NCBI GenBank assembly: GCA_963823345.1
Contig: CAWGLE010000004.1
Span: forward strand, 385,166 to 449,165
DNA length: 64,000 nt
From: Candidatus Sulfomarinibacteraceae bacterium
Lineage (GTDB): Bacteria > Acidobacteriota > Thermoanaerobaculia > Thermoanaerobaculales > Sulfomarinibacteraceae
Reading direction: 5' to 3'
Shown: positions 10,671 to 18,347 of the stretch, one piece after another
Layout: each line of letters starts with the position of its first letter
Position numbering within the stretch: position 1 is the first letter of the stretch
The notes under the pieces: model-generated
Seen by the model: the letters and a program-made list of their open reading frames with translations, nothing else
The model's database searches: none
Told to the model about the DNA's origin: nothing
Position numbers and translations under genes: made by a program

Positions 10671-11633
10671 ATGATCTGGCACGATTTCCAGCGTCCGGCC
10701 CAGGTGGAGCCGGCAAAAGAAGAACACAGCAGCACGTTCGCGCGCTTCCTGGCGCAACCGTTCGAGCGGGGTTGGGGCACGACCGTCGGCAATGCGCTGC
10801 GACGGGCGTTGCTTTCGTCCATCCCGTCGGCCGCCATCACGGCGGTCAAGATCGAGGGCGCCGACCATGAGTTCTCGGCGGTCCCCGGCGTGGTCGAGGA
10901 CGTCACCGACATCATCCTCAACCTCAAGAAGATCCCGCTCAAGATCCACGGCAACGAACCCACCATCCTGACTCTCGAAGCCAAGGGTCCGGGTGAGATC
11001 ACCGCCGGTCAGTTCGCCGGGTCGAGCCAGGTCGAGGTGATCGACCCCGACGTCCACGTGGCGACCCTGTCCGCCGGCGGCAAGCTCAAGATGATGGTGC
11101 GGGTGGCTCCGGGCCGCGGGTACATACCGGCGGAAGAGAACCAGACCGACGATCTCGACTCCGGGTTCATTCCGATCGACTCCGCCCACTCGCCGGTGCG
11201 CAAGGCCAACTTCCGGGTCGAGATGGCGCGGCTGGGCCGCATGACCAACTATGAACGCCTGGTGCTCGAGGTCTGGACCAACGGCACCATCACCCCCGAG
11301 GAGGCCCTCAGTCAGGCTGCGCAGCTGGTTCAGGGCCATCTCGACATCTACACCCGGCTGGCCGCTGTCGAAGACGCGGCACTGCCGCCGGCCGCCGAGG
11401 CCGAACCCGAAGAAGAGGACAGCATCCTCGACGCGTCCATCGAGACTCTCGAGCTCTCGATCCGGTCGATGAACTGTCTCAAGAACGCCAACATCCGGAC
11501 GTTGCGCGATCTCGTGAGCCGTTCCGAAAAGGACATGGTGGAGATCCGCAATTTCGGCGAGAAGTCCCTCAAAGAGGTGCGCTCGAAGCTCGAGGTCCTC
11601 GGCCTCGGCTTCGGCATGAACCTCGATCTCTAG
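10671..11633 (+). CDS. rpoA: DNA-directed RNA polymerase subunit alpha
   Basis: 320 aa. ...FERGWGTTVGNALRRALLSSIPSAAITAVKIEG... and a C-terminal ...LELSIRSMNCLKNANIRTLRDL. Confidence 0.95.
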   Translation: MIWHDFQRPAQVEPAKEEHSSTFARFLAQPFERGWGTTVGNALRRALLSSIPSAAITAVKIEGADHEFSAVPGVVEDVTDIILNLKKIPLKIHGNEPTILTLEAKGPGEITAGQFAGSSQVEVIDPDVHVATLSAGGKLKMMVRVAPGRGYIPAEENQTDDLDSGFIPIDSAHSPVRKANFRVEMARLGRMTNYERLVLEVWTNGTITPEEALSQAAQLVQGHLDIYTRLAAVEDAALPPAAEAEPEEEDSILDASIETLELSIRSMNCLKNANIRTLRDLVSRSEKDMVEIRNFGEKSLKEVRSKLEVLGLGFGMNLDL

Positions 11634-11648
11634 GGGCGGGAGTTTCTG

Positions 11649-12221
11649 ATGCGACATGGAATGAGACACCGCAAGCTGGGCCGGACATCGGCCCACCGCA
11701 AGGCAATGTTCCGCAACCAGCTGACCGCGCTTTTCACCCACGAGCGGATCATCACCACCCTGGCCAAGGCCAAGGAACTGCGGCCCCTGGCCGAACGCAT
11801 GGTGACCGTCGCGGGGACGGGCACGCTGCCGGCGCGCCGCAAGATCCTCACCATGGTGTCCGACAAAGAGGTGGTGCGCCGCCTGTTTGACGACATCGCC
11901 CCTCGTTTTACCGAACGGGCCGGCGGCTACACCCGCATCATGCGGCTCGGGCGTCGTCGCGGCGACGGCGCCGAGCTCGCGATCATCGAGTTCGTCGACT
12001 ACGATCTCGCCGAGCACGAGGACCGTGAAACCTCGACGAAGGGCAAGGCGTCGCTGATGGACCGCGCCAAGGGCATGTTCGGCGGCGGCGCCAAGGCGGC
12101 CGACGCTGACGAATCTGTCGAGGCCGCGTCGGGTTCCGACGCCGCTGCGGAAACGGGCGGGGACGACGAGCCGGAAGCGGCAGGCGCAGACGCCGTCGAG
12201 GACGACAAGAAAGAGACCTGA
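11649..12221 (+). CDS. rplQ: 50S ribosomal protein L17 with an acidic ~70-aa C-terminal tail
   Basis: MRHGMRHRKLGRTSAHRKAMFRNQ..., then a D/E/A-rich tail. Confidence 0.9.
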   Translation: MRHGMRHRKLGRTSAHRKAMFRNQLTALFTHERIITTLAKAKELRPLAERMVTVAGTGTLPARRKILTMVSDKEVVRRLFDDIAPRFTERAGGYTRIMRLGRRRGDGAELAIIEFVDYDLAEHEDRETSTKGKASLMDRAKGMFGGGAKAADADESVEAASGSDAAAETGGDDEPEAAGADAVEDDKKET

Positions 12222-12243
12222 TCCGTTTCCAACTGCTGACTCG

Positions 12244-12271
12244 ACGCCGCAGCGTGCTGCGGCGTTTTTTT
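12244..12271 (+). terminator. Rho-independent terminator of the alpha operon
   Basis: ACGCCGCAG (12244-12252) pairs with CTGCGGCGT (12257-12265), followed by a run of 7 T. Confidence 0.8.
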
Positions 12272-12363
12272 GTGATCTCAGGAGACGATCACCACTCACA
12301 TCCCGCGCCCGGGATCAGCCGGGTTCGGCGGATCGCGGTGTCAGGTCCCGGCCCGGCCCCGGA

Positions 12364-12942
12364 TCACAACCCGGGTCCGACGATTTCGGCGATGGCCACC
12401 ATCTGGTCGAGACGCGGCTGAATCGGGTCGTCGGTGGCCGGAAACTCGGATCGCGCGATCACCAGGCAACCGTCCTCCGGATGGGCGGCGAACAGCACCA
12501 GCTGCTCCATCTCGTGGATCCCGTCGTCGAAACTGCCCAACGACCACATCACCCGCCCGAGGACCTTCGAGTCGACGACCCCCGATTGGAGGTGCTTGCT
12601 GCCTGGAGTCTCGCTGAACTCCCGGCGATGGTTTTCCACCTCTTCCTCGAGGTTCCCACCGGATCTCGACGGAACGATTCCAACGACGAACCACGTGTTT
12701 TCGAGGTGACGATGCACCACCTGGACCCAGTTCGGGCTCGCATAGCTGACATTGAACTCGGTCTCGAGCGTCGACGCATCGAAACCCCGAGCGGGTACGC
12801 TGCGCGTCGGCAACGGCGTCGCGGTCGGGCGTGAACTCGCCCGACGCCATCCCGAACCACGATGAGGCCCGGGTTCGCCGCCGCAGCCGGCGGCCAGAAC
12901 GATGGCGAGCAGGAGGTACGGGAACAACGGACGCTTTGTCAT
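12364..12942 (-). CDS. Hypothetical lipoprotein
   Basis: ATG 12942 gives MTKRPLFPYLLLAIVLAAGC (lipobox). Residues about 25-55 read Arg/Pro/Ser-rich, whereas the adjacent frame reads more protein-like (SSWFGMASGEFTPDRDAVADAQRTRSG). This suggests two compensating indels. Confidence 0.55.
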   Translation of the reverse strand: MTKRPLFPYLLLAIVLAAGCGGEPGPHRGSGWRRASSRPTATPLPTRSVPARGFDASTLETEFNVSYASPNWVQVVHRHLENTWFVVGIVPSRSGGNLEEEVENHRREFSETPGSKHLQSGVVDSKVLGRVMWSLGSFDDGIHEMEQLVLFAAHPEDGCLVIARSEFPATDDPIQPRLDQMVAIAEIVGPGL

Positions 12943-13041
12943 GGTGACTCCGAGTCGAGGGCGCGACCTCCCCAATTATATTCGACCGGTGCCGGTGGGA
13001 GGTCTTCGAGTCGGATCTTCCCGCCTCGCTCCGGCCGCGGG

Positions 13042-14430
13042 TCACACATCGACGGTGTCGCCGAGCTCCGGGATCACCGGGTCCCAGCCATACTCTTCGT
13101 GAAGCCGTTCGGCGAACACCTGTTGCGCCTCGAACTCGCCGTGCACCAGCACGACCTTCTCGGGGTCCCGTTCGCGGCGCCCCAGCCACACCATGAGCTC
13201 ACCCGCGTCGGCGTGCGCCGACAGCCCGGAGACTTTTGAAATGTGTGCTTTCACCGGGATCCACTCGCCGTGGATCTTGACCTCCTCGTCGCCGTCGACC
13301 AGCCGCCGGCCCTTGGTGCCCACCGCCTGATACCCCACGAACAGCACCGTGTTCCGCGGATCGGGCAGACGCAGCTTGAGGTGGTGGAGGATCCGCCCGC
13401 CGGTCGCCATCCCCGAGGCCGAGATGATGATGGCCGGACCGCGCATCGAGTTGAGCTTGCGGGAGTCGGCCGAGGTCGGCGTCACCTGGAGATTCGGCGG
13501 GAAGATCGGGTTTTCCTGATCCGCGACGAATTGGCGCATCTCCGTATCGTGCTCGGCCAGGAACCTGGTGTAGAGCGCCGTCGCCTCGATCCCCATGGGG
13601 CTGTCCAGAAAGACCGGGATCTCGGGCAGATCGCCGTCCACCACCAGCTCGTGCAGCATGTAGAGGATTTCCTGGGTCCGATCGATGGCGAACGCGGGAA
13701 TGATGATCACGCCGCCGCGCTTGAGGCCGGCGCGGATCTCGTCGCCGAGCGCGGTGCGCGGGTCCGTTGCGCCGTGAAAGCGGTCACCGTAGGTCGACTC
13801 GAGGAACAGGACGTCGGAGCCGGGGTACGACTCGGGCTCGCGGAGGATCGGTACGCCGTAGCGTCCGACATCGCCCGAGAAGTACACGGTCTTCCGTTGC
13901 CCGCCGGAGACCTTGGTTTCGAGCTCGACGGCCGCCGCACCGAGGATGTGGCCCTGCCGGTGGAAGCGGAAGCGGATGCCGGGGCGCAGCTCCTGCCACT
14001 GATCGAACGGAACCGCCTTGAGCAGCTTGAGCGCCGCCCGCGCGTCGGCCATCTGAAACAGCGGGAGGGCGGGCTTGTGCTTGGAATAACCTTCCTTGTT
14101 GGCGTAGCGCGCCTCTTCCTCGTTGATGTGGGCGGCGTCGGGCAGCAGCACCCCGAGCAGCGCCCGGGTGGGTGGCGTGCAGTAGACCGGACCTGAGAAC
14201 CCCTGCCGGCACAGCCGCGGCAGGTAGCCCGAGTGGTCGATGTGGGCGTGAGTAAGGATGACGGCGTCGATGTCGCCCGGCGGGTGGGGCAGGGGTTTCC
14301 AGTTGAGCTGCCGGTACTCCGCCGGTCCCTGAAAGAGCCCGCAGTCGAGCAGGGCGTGGCAATCCTTCCACGTCATCAGGTATTTGGATCCGGTGACGCA
14401 GCGTCCGGCGCCGAGAACCTTGATCTGCAT
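13042..14430 (-). CDS. MBL-fold metallo-hydrolase of the beta-CASP (RNA-metabolising, CPSF/RNase J-like) type
   Basis: ATG 14430 gives MQIKVLGAGRCVTGSKYLM...AVILTHAHIDHSGYLP (HxHxDH). The C-terminus ...KVSGLSAHADAGELMVW... is typical of beta-CASP motif C. Confidence 0.75.
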   Translation of the reverse strand: MQIKVLGAGRCVTGSKYLMTWKDCHALLDCGLFQGPAEYRQLNWKPLPHPPGDIDAVILTHAHIDHSGYLPRLCRQGFSGPVYCTPPTRALLGVLLPDAAHINEEEARYANKEGYSKHKPALPLFQMADARAALKLLKAVPFDQWQELRPGIRFRFHRQGHILGAAAVELETKVSGGQRKTVYFSGDVGRYGVPILREPESYPGSDVLFLESTYGDRFHGATDPRTALGDEIRAGLKRGGVIIIPAFAIDRTQEILYMLHELVVDGDLPEIPVFLDSPMGIEATALYTRFLAEHDTEMRQFVADQENPIFPPNLQVTPTSADSRKLNSMRGPAIIISASGMATGGRILHHLKLRLPDPRNTVLFVGYQAVGTKGRRLVDGDEEVKIHGEWIPVKAHISKVSGLSAHADAGELMVWLGRRERDPEKVVLVHGEFEAQQVFAERLHEEYGWDPVIPELGDTVDV

Positions 14431-14457
14431 GTGACCTCCGCCCGCGATCCTACCATC

Positions 14458-14499
14458 GCAATTCCCGATCTTTCGCGGCGGCGAAAGATCGGGAATTGC
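14458..14499. promoter_or_regulatory. Perfect 19-bp inverted repeat (candidate operator) in a divergent promoter region
   Basis: GCAATTCCCGATCTTTCGC (14458-14476), loop GGCG, then GCGAAAGATCGGGAATTGC (14481-14499). Flanked by -10-like TAGAAT (14502-14507, +) and TAGGAT (complement of 14448-14453, -). Confidence 0.5.
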
Positions 14500-14534
14500 A
14501 GTAGAATGGTCGCGTTCCGGACAGGAGGTCGAAG

Positions 14535-15023
14535 ATGGCGGATCAGAAGAAAAGCGTCGACCAGGCCATCGACGAGGTGGCGGCGGAAACATCGGGCGGA
14601 CTGAGCGGCGTCAAGGAGTCCTTGGCGAAGGCGCAGCAGTCGATGGATAACGCGAAGGTCACCATGCAGGAAGCCTACGGCAAGGCCAAGGAAAAAAGCG
14701 GTGTGGCGGCCGCCCGGGCGAGAGACTATCTCGATGATGCCAAGAAGTATCTCGGCGAAGCGCGCGAAAAGATGGGTGCGCTGGCAGCGCGGTCGCGCGA
14801 ACAGGCGGAGATCCTCTACAACACCGTCAAAGAGCAGTACGAGATCCTGGCCGCCAAGGCCAAGGAACTCTACGGCAAGGCGAAGACCCGGATTTCCGAA
14901 GTCGACTTCAAAGCCAAGGGTGACCAGGTCGTGGAGTACGTCCGTGCGAATCCGGGCAAGGCCGTGCTGATCGCGTTGGCCATCGGTTTCGTGGTCGGCT
15001 ACGCGACGCGCCCGCGCGACTGA
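14535..15023 (+). CDS. ElaB/YqjD/DUF883-like membrane-anchored stress protein
   Basis: 162 aa, helical and Lys/Ala/Glu-rich, with a C-terminal NPGKAVLIALAIGFVVGY anchor. Confidence 0.65.
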   Translation: MADQKKSVDQAIDEVAAETSGGLSGVKESLAKAQQSMDNAKVTMQEAYGKAKEKSGVAAARARDYLDDAKKYLGEAREKMGALAARSREQAEILYNTVKEQYEILAAKAKELYGKAKTRISEVDFKAKGDQVVEYVRANPGKAVLIALAIGFVVGYATRPRD

Positions 15024-15034
15024 CGATCGGAGCC

Positions 15035-15343
15035 GTGCCCATGGAAGACCAGATGATCGATGACCTCAATGACATTGACGACGACGATCTGATGGACGAA
15101 GACAACGGATCGCGGCGCATCGACGCCGACTCCATCCTCGATTCCCTCGTGCCGCAGTCGATCGACTGGCGGGAGACCGTGAGCCGGCACCCGTTCGGTT
15201 CCCTCGCGTGTGTCGGCCTGGTGGGGTATCTGGTGGGGCGAACCAAAGGTGCGACCATCATGGCCGGCATCACGGCCGGCCTCTCTTCGGGCATCATGCG
15301 TCAGCTGTCGGATGTGTTCGAAGGGGATTTCTTCGATTTTTGA
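15035..15343 (+). CDS. Hypothetical small membrane protein with an acidic N-terminus
   Basis: 102-aa ORF 12 nt after the previous gene. Has a D-rich N-terminus, then a hydrophobic stretch FGSLACVGLVGYLVG...IMAGITAGL. Confidence 0.45.
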   Translation: MPMEDQMIDDLNDIDDDDLMDEDNGSRRIDADSILDSLVPQSIDWRETVSRHPFGSLACVGLVGYLVGRTKGATIMAGITAGLSSGIMRQLSDVFEGDFFDF

Positions 15344-15374
15344 TGCGCGCCCTGTCCGGCCTCTACGGTGAGCC

Positions 15375-17798
15375 ATGCCGGCAGGAATTTCTGAAACCAC
15401 CCTTCGCGAGAGCCCGATGAGCGGGGCGCCCGCGCCTCCCCCGACCGCCGCGTTGACGCTCGGACGGAGCTTCCTCTTGTGGCTTCTCGGCGTCCTGGTC
15501 GTCACCCTGGTCCTGGTGAGCGCGCTCGTGCTGTGGCACGAGCAACGGATTCTCGAGGGCGAGCTGCGCTCGCGGGCCCAACTTCTCGCCCACGTGCTCG
15601 GATTGGCGGCGGTCGACGGCAGTTCGGGTGAGTACGACGTGATCGTGCCGGCGAGCGATGTCCGGGCCGGTGAGGTCCGGGACGCAGACGGCCGTGTGCT
15701 GTGGGCCTTCGGCCCGTCTCCCGCCGAGTTGGCCGGACTCGACGGTGGGTTGTTGCGGATCGAGCGCCGGGTCGAGCTGGACGACCCGTCCGGCAGCGGC
15801 CGCCGCGTCGTCGACGTCGTGCTCCTCGTCTCGCAGTCGAGGGTGCGTTCACACCTCGCTGCCGCCGCCGTGCGTCTGCTGGCCGGCCTCGGTCTGGCGT
15901 TGGCGCTCGCTCTGGTGGTCGGGCTCGCCCTGGTCGGCGGCGTGGTGAAGCCCCTCCACCAACTTGCGGACTGGGCGGCGACCTTTGATCCCGAGCGGGC
16001 CGTCGAACCGCCGGTGGCGCCCGGCGCCCCGGCCGAGGTCCGTGATCTCGCGACCGCCTTTCGCGATATGGCACGGCGCCTGGCCGACCAGCGAAAGTCG
16101 TTGGTGGCCAGCGAACAGCGGTTCCGGGAGCTGTTTTCGGCGTCGCCGACGCCGCTGATCCGGCTCGACGGTCAGCTGCGGATCCGCGACGCCAACCCGG
16201 CGGCGGAGCCGTTTCTGCACGGCCGGACCGCGCGGGCGATAGGGAATGCTCTCGCCGGGTACCTGGAGAGCCCCGACACCGACCACATCGAAAACGTCCT
16301 CACATCTCTGAGCGGCGGCAACGAGGCCATCATCGAGGCCCACTGGAGAATCGACGCGGACTCGGTTGCCGAGGTCGAGCTGCGGGTCGCCGGGGCGGGC
16401 GACGACCGCGGCCCCGGCTACCTGGTGGCGATCCATGACCTCACCGATCGGCTGCGGCGGATGGGCGAGCACTGGCGGCGGACCTTTGACGCCATGGTGG
16501 ACGGGGTCGCGCTGGTCGATGACGAGGGTCGGATCACCCTCGCCAACCGCGCCCTTGCGCCGCACGAAGCGGCCGTCGCCCACGGTCTCGAGGGGCAGCT
16601 GCGGGAGGGCGCGCCGCGGCGGTGGCGCGTCGACCATGTCGGCCGACTGCTCGACTGCACCCTGAGCCGGCCGGAGGGTCTCGGTCACGCCATTCTGGTG
16701 GTCCGCGACGTCACCGAGGCCGTGGACGCCGAGGAGCGGCTGCGCGCGGCCGAGAAGATGCAGGCGGTCGGCACCCTCGCGAGCGGAGTCGCGCACGACT
16801 TCAACAACCTGCTCGCCGCCATCCTGCTCCACGCCAGGCTGCTGCAACGGCAGCCCGACGCTCTGGCCGAGGCCGCCTCGGCCATCCGCGTGCTTGCCGA
16901 AGAGGGCAGCGAGGTGGTGCGCGAGCTGCTCTTTTTTGCCCGGCGCGAAAGCTCGCCGCCGACCACGTTCGACCTGGTAGAGCTGGTCCGCCAGCAGGAA
17001 AGCGTACTCACCCACCTTCTTTCGGACGGCGTCGAACTGGTCCTCGAACTCGACCGGGAAACGGTGCCGGTGCGGGGCGACGTCATCGGCCTGCGGCGGC
17101 TGCTACTCAACCTGGTCCTCAACGCCAGGGATGCGGTGGCTGAGACCGGGGGCCGCATCGTCGTGAGGGTCGAGCACGCCGCCGGGCGGGCGGTGCTCGA
17201 GGTCGAGGACAACGGCCCGGGGATTCCTCCGGAGATCCGGGAGCGCCTCTTCGAACCGTTCTTCACCCTGCGTCGCCAGGGGCGGGGTTCGGGATTGGGG
17301 CTGGCGGTGGTCTACAGTATCGTGACCGCGCACGGCGGCGAGGTCGATGTCCGGTCGCGCCCCGGCGACCCGACCCGGTTGATCGTCCGCCTGCCGCTCG
17401 GCGAGACTGCGAAGCTCGAATCCGTTGACGCCAGGCGCGCAACGCCGGTCGCCCTGCCGCGAGTGCTCCTGGTTGAAGCCGACGGGCGCGCCGCGACCCG
17501 GATCGTGGAGGCGCTGGCCGACGCCGGTCTCGAGGTGCGGCATGCGCCGACCGTCGGCATCGCGGATGAGTTCATCCAGAGCTGGCCGGCGCAGGTGGTC
17601 GTGGTTTCGGGGGGGCCCGACGCCGGGGGTGCCGGCGGCCGGCTGCGGGCCCTCCGGCTGCCGGTCGTCCTCCTCACCGACGCGGAAGGAGATGCCGTCG
17701 GCTCCTGGGGCCCGCGGGTGGTGCGGCTGCAGTCGTCGACCGGACCCGAGGCCATTCTCGCCGCCCTGCGCGATCTCGGAATCATCAAAAATTCTTAA
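15375..17798 (+). CDS. Sensor histidine kinase (TM sensor, HAMP-like, PAS-like, HisKA, HATPase) with a degenerate receiver-like C-terminus
   Basis: H-box MQAVGTLASGVAHDFNNLL, N-box LLLNLVLNARDA, G-boxes EVEDNGPGIP and GRGSGLGLAVV. The C-terminal RVLLVEADG...QVVVVSGGPD lacks the usual acceptor Asp context. Confidence 0.85.
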   Translation: MPAGISETTLRESPMSGAPAPPPTAALTLGRSFLLWLLGVLVVTLVLVSALVLWHEQRILEGELRSRAQLLAHVLGLAAVDGSSGEYDVIVPASDVRAGEVRDADGRVLWAFGPSPAELAGLDGGLLRIERRVELDDPSGSGRRVVDVVLLVSQSRVRSHLAAAAVRLLAGLGLALALALVVGLALVGGVVKPLHQLADWAATFDPERAVEPPVAPGAPAEVRDLATAFRDMARRLADQRKSLVASEQRFRELFSASPTPLIRLDGQLRIRDANPAAEPFLHGRTARAIGNALAGYLESPDTDHIENVLTSLSGGNEAIIEAHWRIDADSVAEVELRVAGAGDDRGPGYLVAIHDLTDRLRRMGEHWRRTFDAMVDGVALVDDEGRITLANRALAPHEAAVAHGLEGQLREGAPRRWRVDHVGRLLDCTLSRPEGLGHAILVVRDVTEAVDAEERLRAAEKMQAVGTLASGVAHDFNNLLAAILLHARLLQRQPDALAEAASAIRVLAEEGSEVVRELLFFARRESSPPTTFDLVELVRQQESVLTHLLSDGVELVLELDRETVPVRGDVIGLRRLLLNLVLNARDAVAETGGRIVVRVEHAAGRAVLEVEDNGPGIPPEIRERLFEPFFTLRRQGRGSGLGLAVVYSIVTAHGGEVDVRSRPGDPTRLIVRLPLGETAKLESVDARRATPVALPRVLLVEADGRAATRIVEALADAGLEVRHAPTVGIADEFIQSWPAQVVVVSGGPDAGGAGGRLRALRLPVVLLTDAEGDAVGSWGPRVVRLQSSTGPEAILAALRDLGIIKNS

Positions 17799-17807
17799 TT
17801 TTGAATC
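17787..17807 (-). repeat. AT-rich heptamer micro-array (GATTCAA AATTAAG AATTTTT on the - strand), overlapping the kinase stop codon
   Basis: Read directly. Inverted relative to the array at 18265-18299. Confidence 0.5.
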
Positions 17808-17969
17808 AGTGCTGTCCAAGACTGATCCCCATCCGACCTTGCCACACTGAAAACACTGGAGTTGAGGATCGGTCAATGCCATTTTCAGAACGAGGTCCTC
17901 AACGACAGAAAACGGCTGTCCAGGTCTCGTACTGAGACACGGGTGAACCGAGATGCTGGAAACATCTCT

Positions 17970-18045
17970 GAAGGTGGGCCAAGGCCCACCCTACAAACCC
18001 GCTCGAAACCTGGGTCCGAAGTAGGGTGGGCCTTGGCCCACCTTC
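17970..18045. repeat. Perfect 25-nt inverted repeat pair, each arm internally palindromic
   Basis: GAAGGTGGGCCAAGGCCCACCCTAC (17970-17994) and its exact reverse complement GTAGGGTGGGCCTTGGCCCACCTTC (18021-18045). Confidence 0.7.
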
Positions 18046-18129
18046 AGACCCGTCGCGGTCGGGGTGGAGCCTGAATGTGATTTCGAGCAGTCCACGACGC
18101 CGTCTTGGACACGAGTGATTTTGATTTCT

Positions 18130-18269
18130 GAATTCCCAGCCACCCTCCCCCGGCTTCGGTGAAAGTCGCCTTCACCGTGGTTCTCATTCCGAGTCCTCCG
18201 CCGTGGCGGCCCCATCCGATTCAAGGGGCACGGCGACGCCCCCATTCGGGGGAGGGTGGGTGGGAATTC
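18130..18269. repeat. 22-nt inverted repeat (1 mismatch) enclosing a 96-nt segment with further small hairpins
   Basis: GAATTCCCAGCCACCCTCCCCC (18130-18151) versus GGGGGAGGGTGGGTGGGAATTC (18248-18269). Confidence 0.65.
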
Positions 18270-18299
18270 AAAATTGAGAATTCAAAATTCAAAATTGCA
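18265..18299 (+). repeat. Five tandem AT-rich heptamers AATTCAA AATTGAG AATTCAA AATTCAA AATTGCA
   Basis: Read directly. Strikingly AT-rich in a GC-rich genome. A related array lies at 63646-63673. Confidence 0.6.
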
Positions 18300-18335
18300 G
18301 AGGCGGCGACCGGGTTTCCCGGTCGCCGCCTCTGC
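18297..18335. other. Perfect 18-bp stem hairpin 13 nt upstream of the glycosyltransferase start
   Basis: GCAGAGGCGGCGACCGGG, loop TTT, CCCGGTCGCCGCCTCTGC. On the - strand it is followed by a T-rich tract (terminator-like). On the + strand it is a 5' leader hairpin. Confidence 0.55.
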
Positions 18336-18347
18336 TAAGCTTTCCGC

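Noticed and set aside
10089-12299. 736-aa ORF on the - strand spanning rpsD, rpoA and rplQ
   Set aside because: It is antisense to three unmistakable conserved genes. The composition is Arg/Gly/Ala/Pro-rich and low-complexity, typical of stop-free antisense frames in GC-rich DNA.
17991-18245. 84-aa - strand ORF inside the structured non-coding island
   Set aside because: It runs through perfect inverted repeats, has no SD or start context, and has low-complexity composition.
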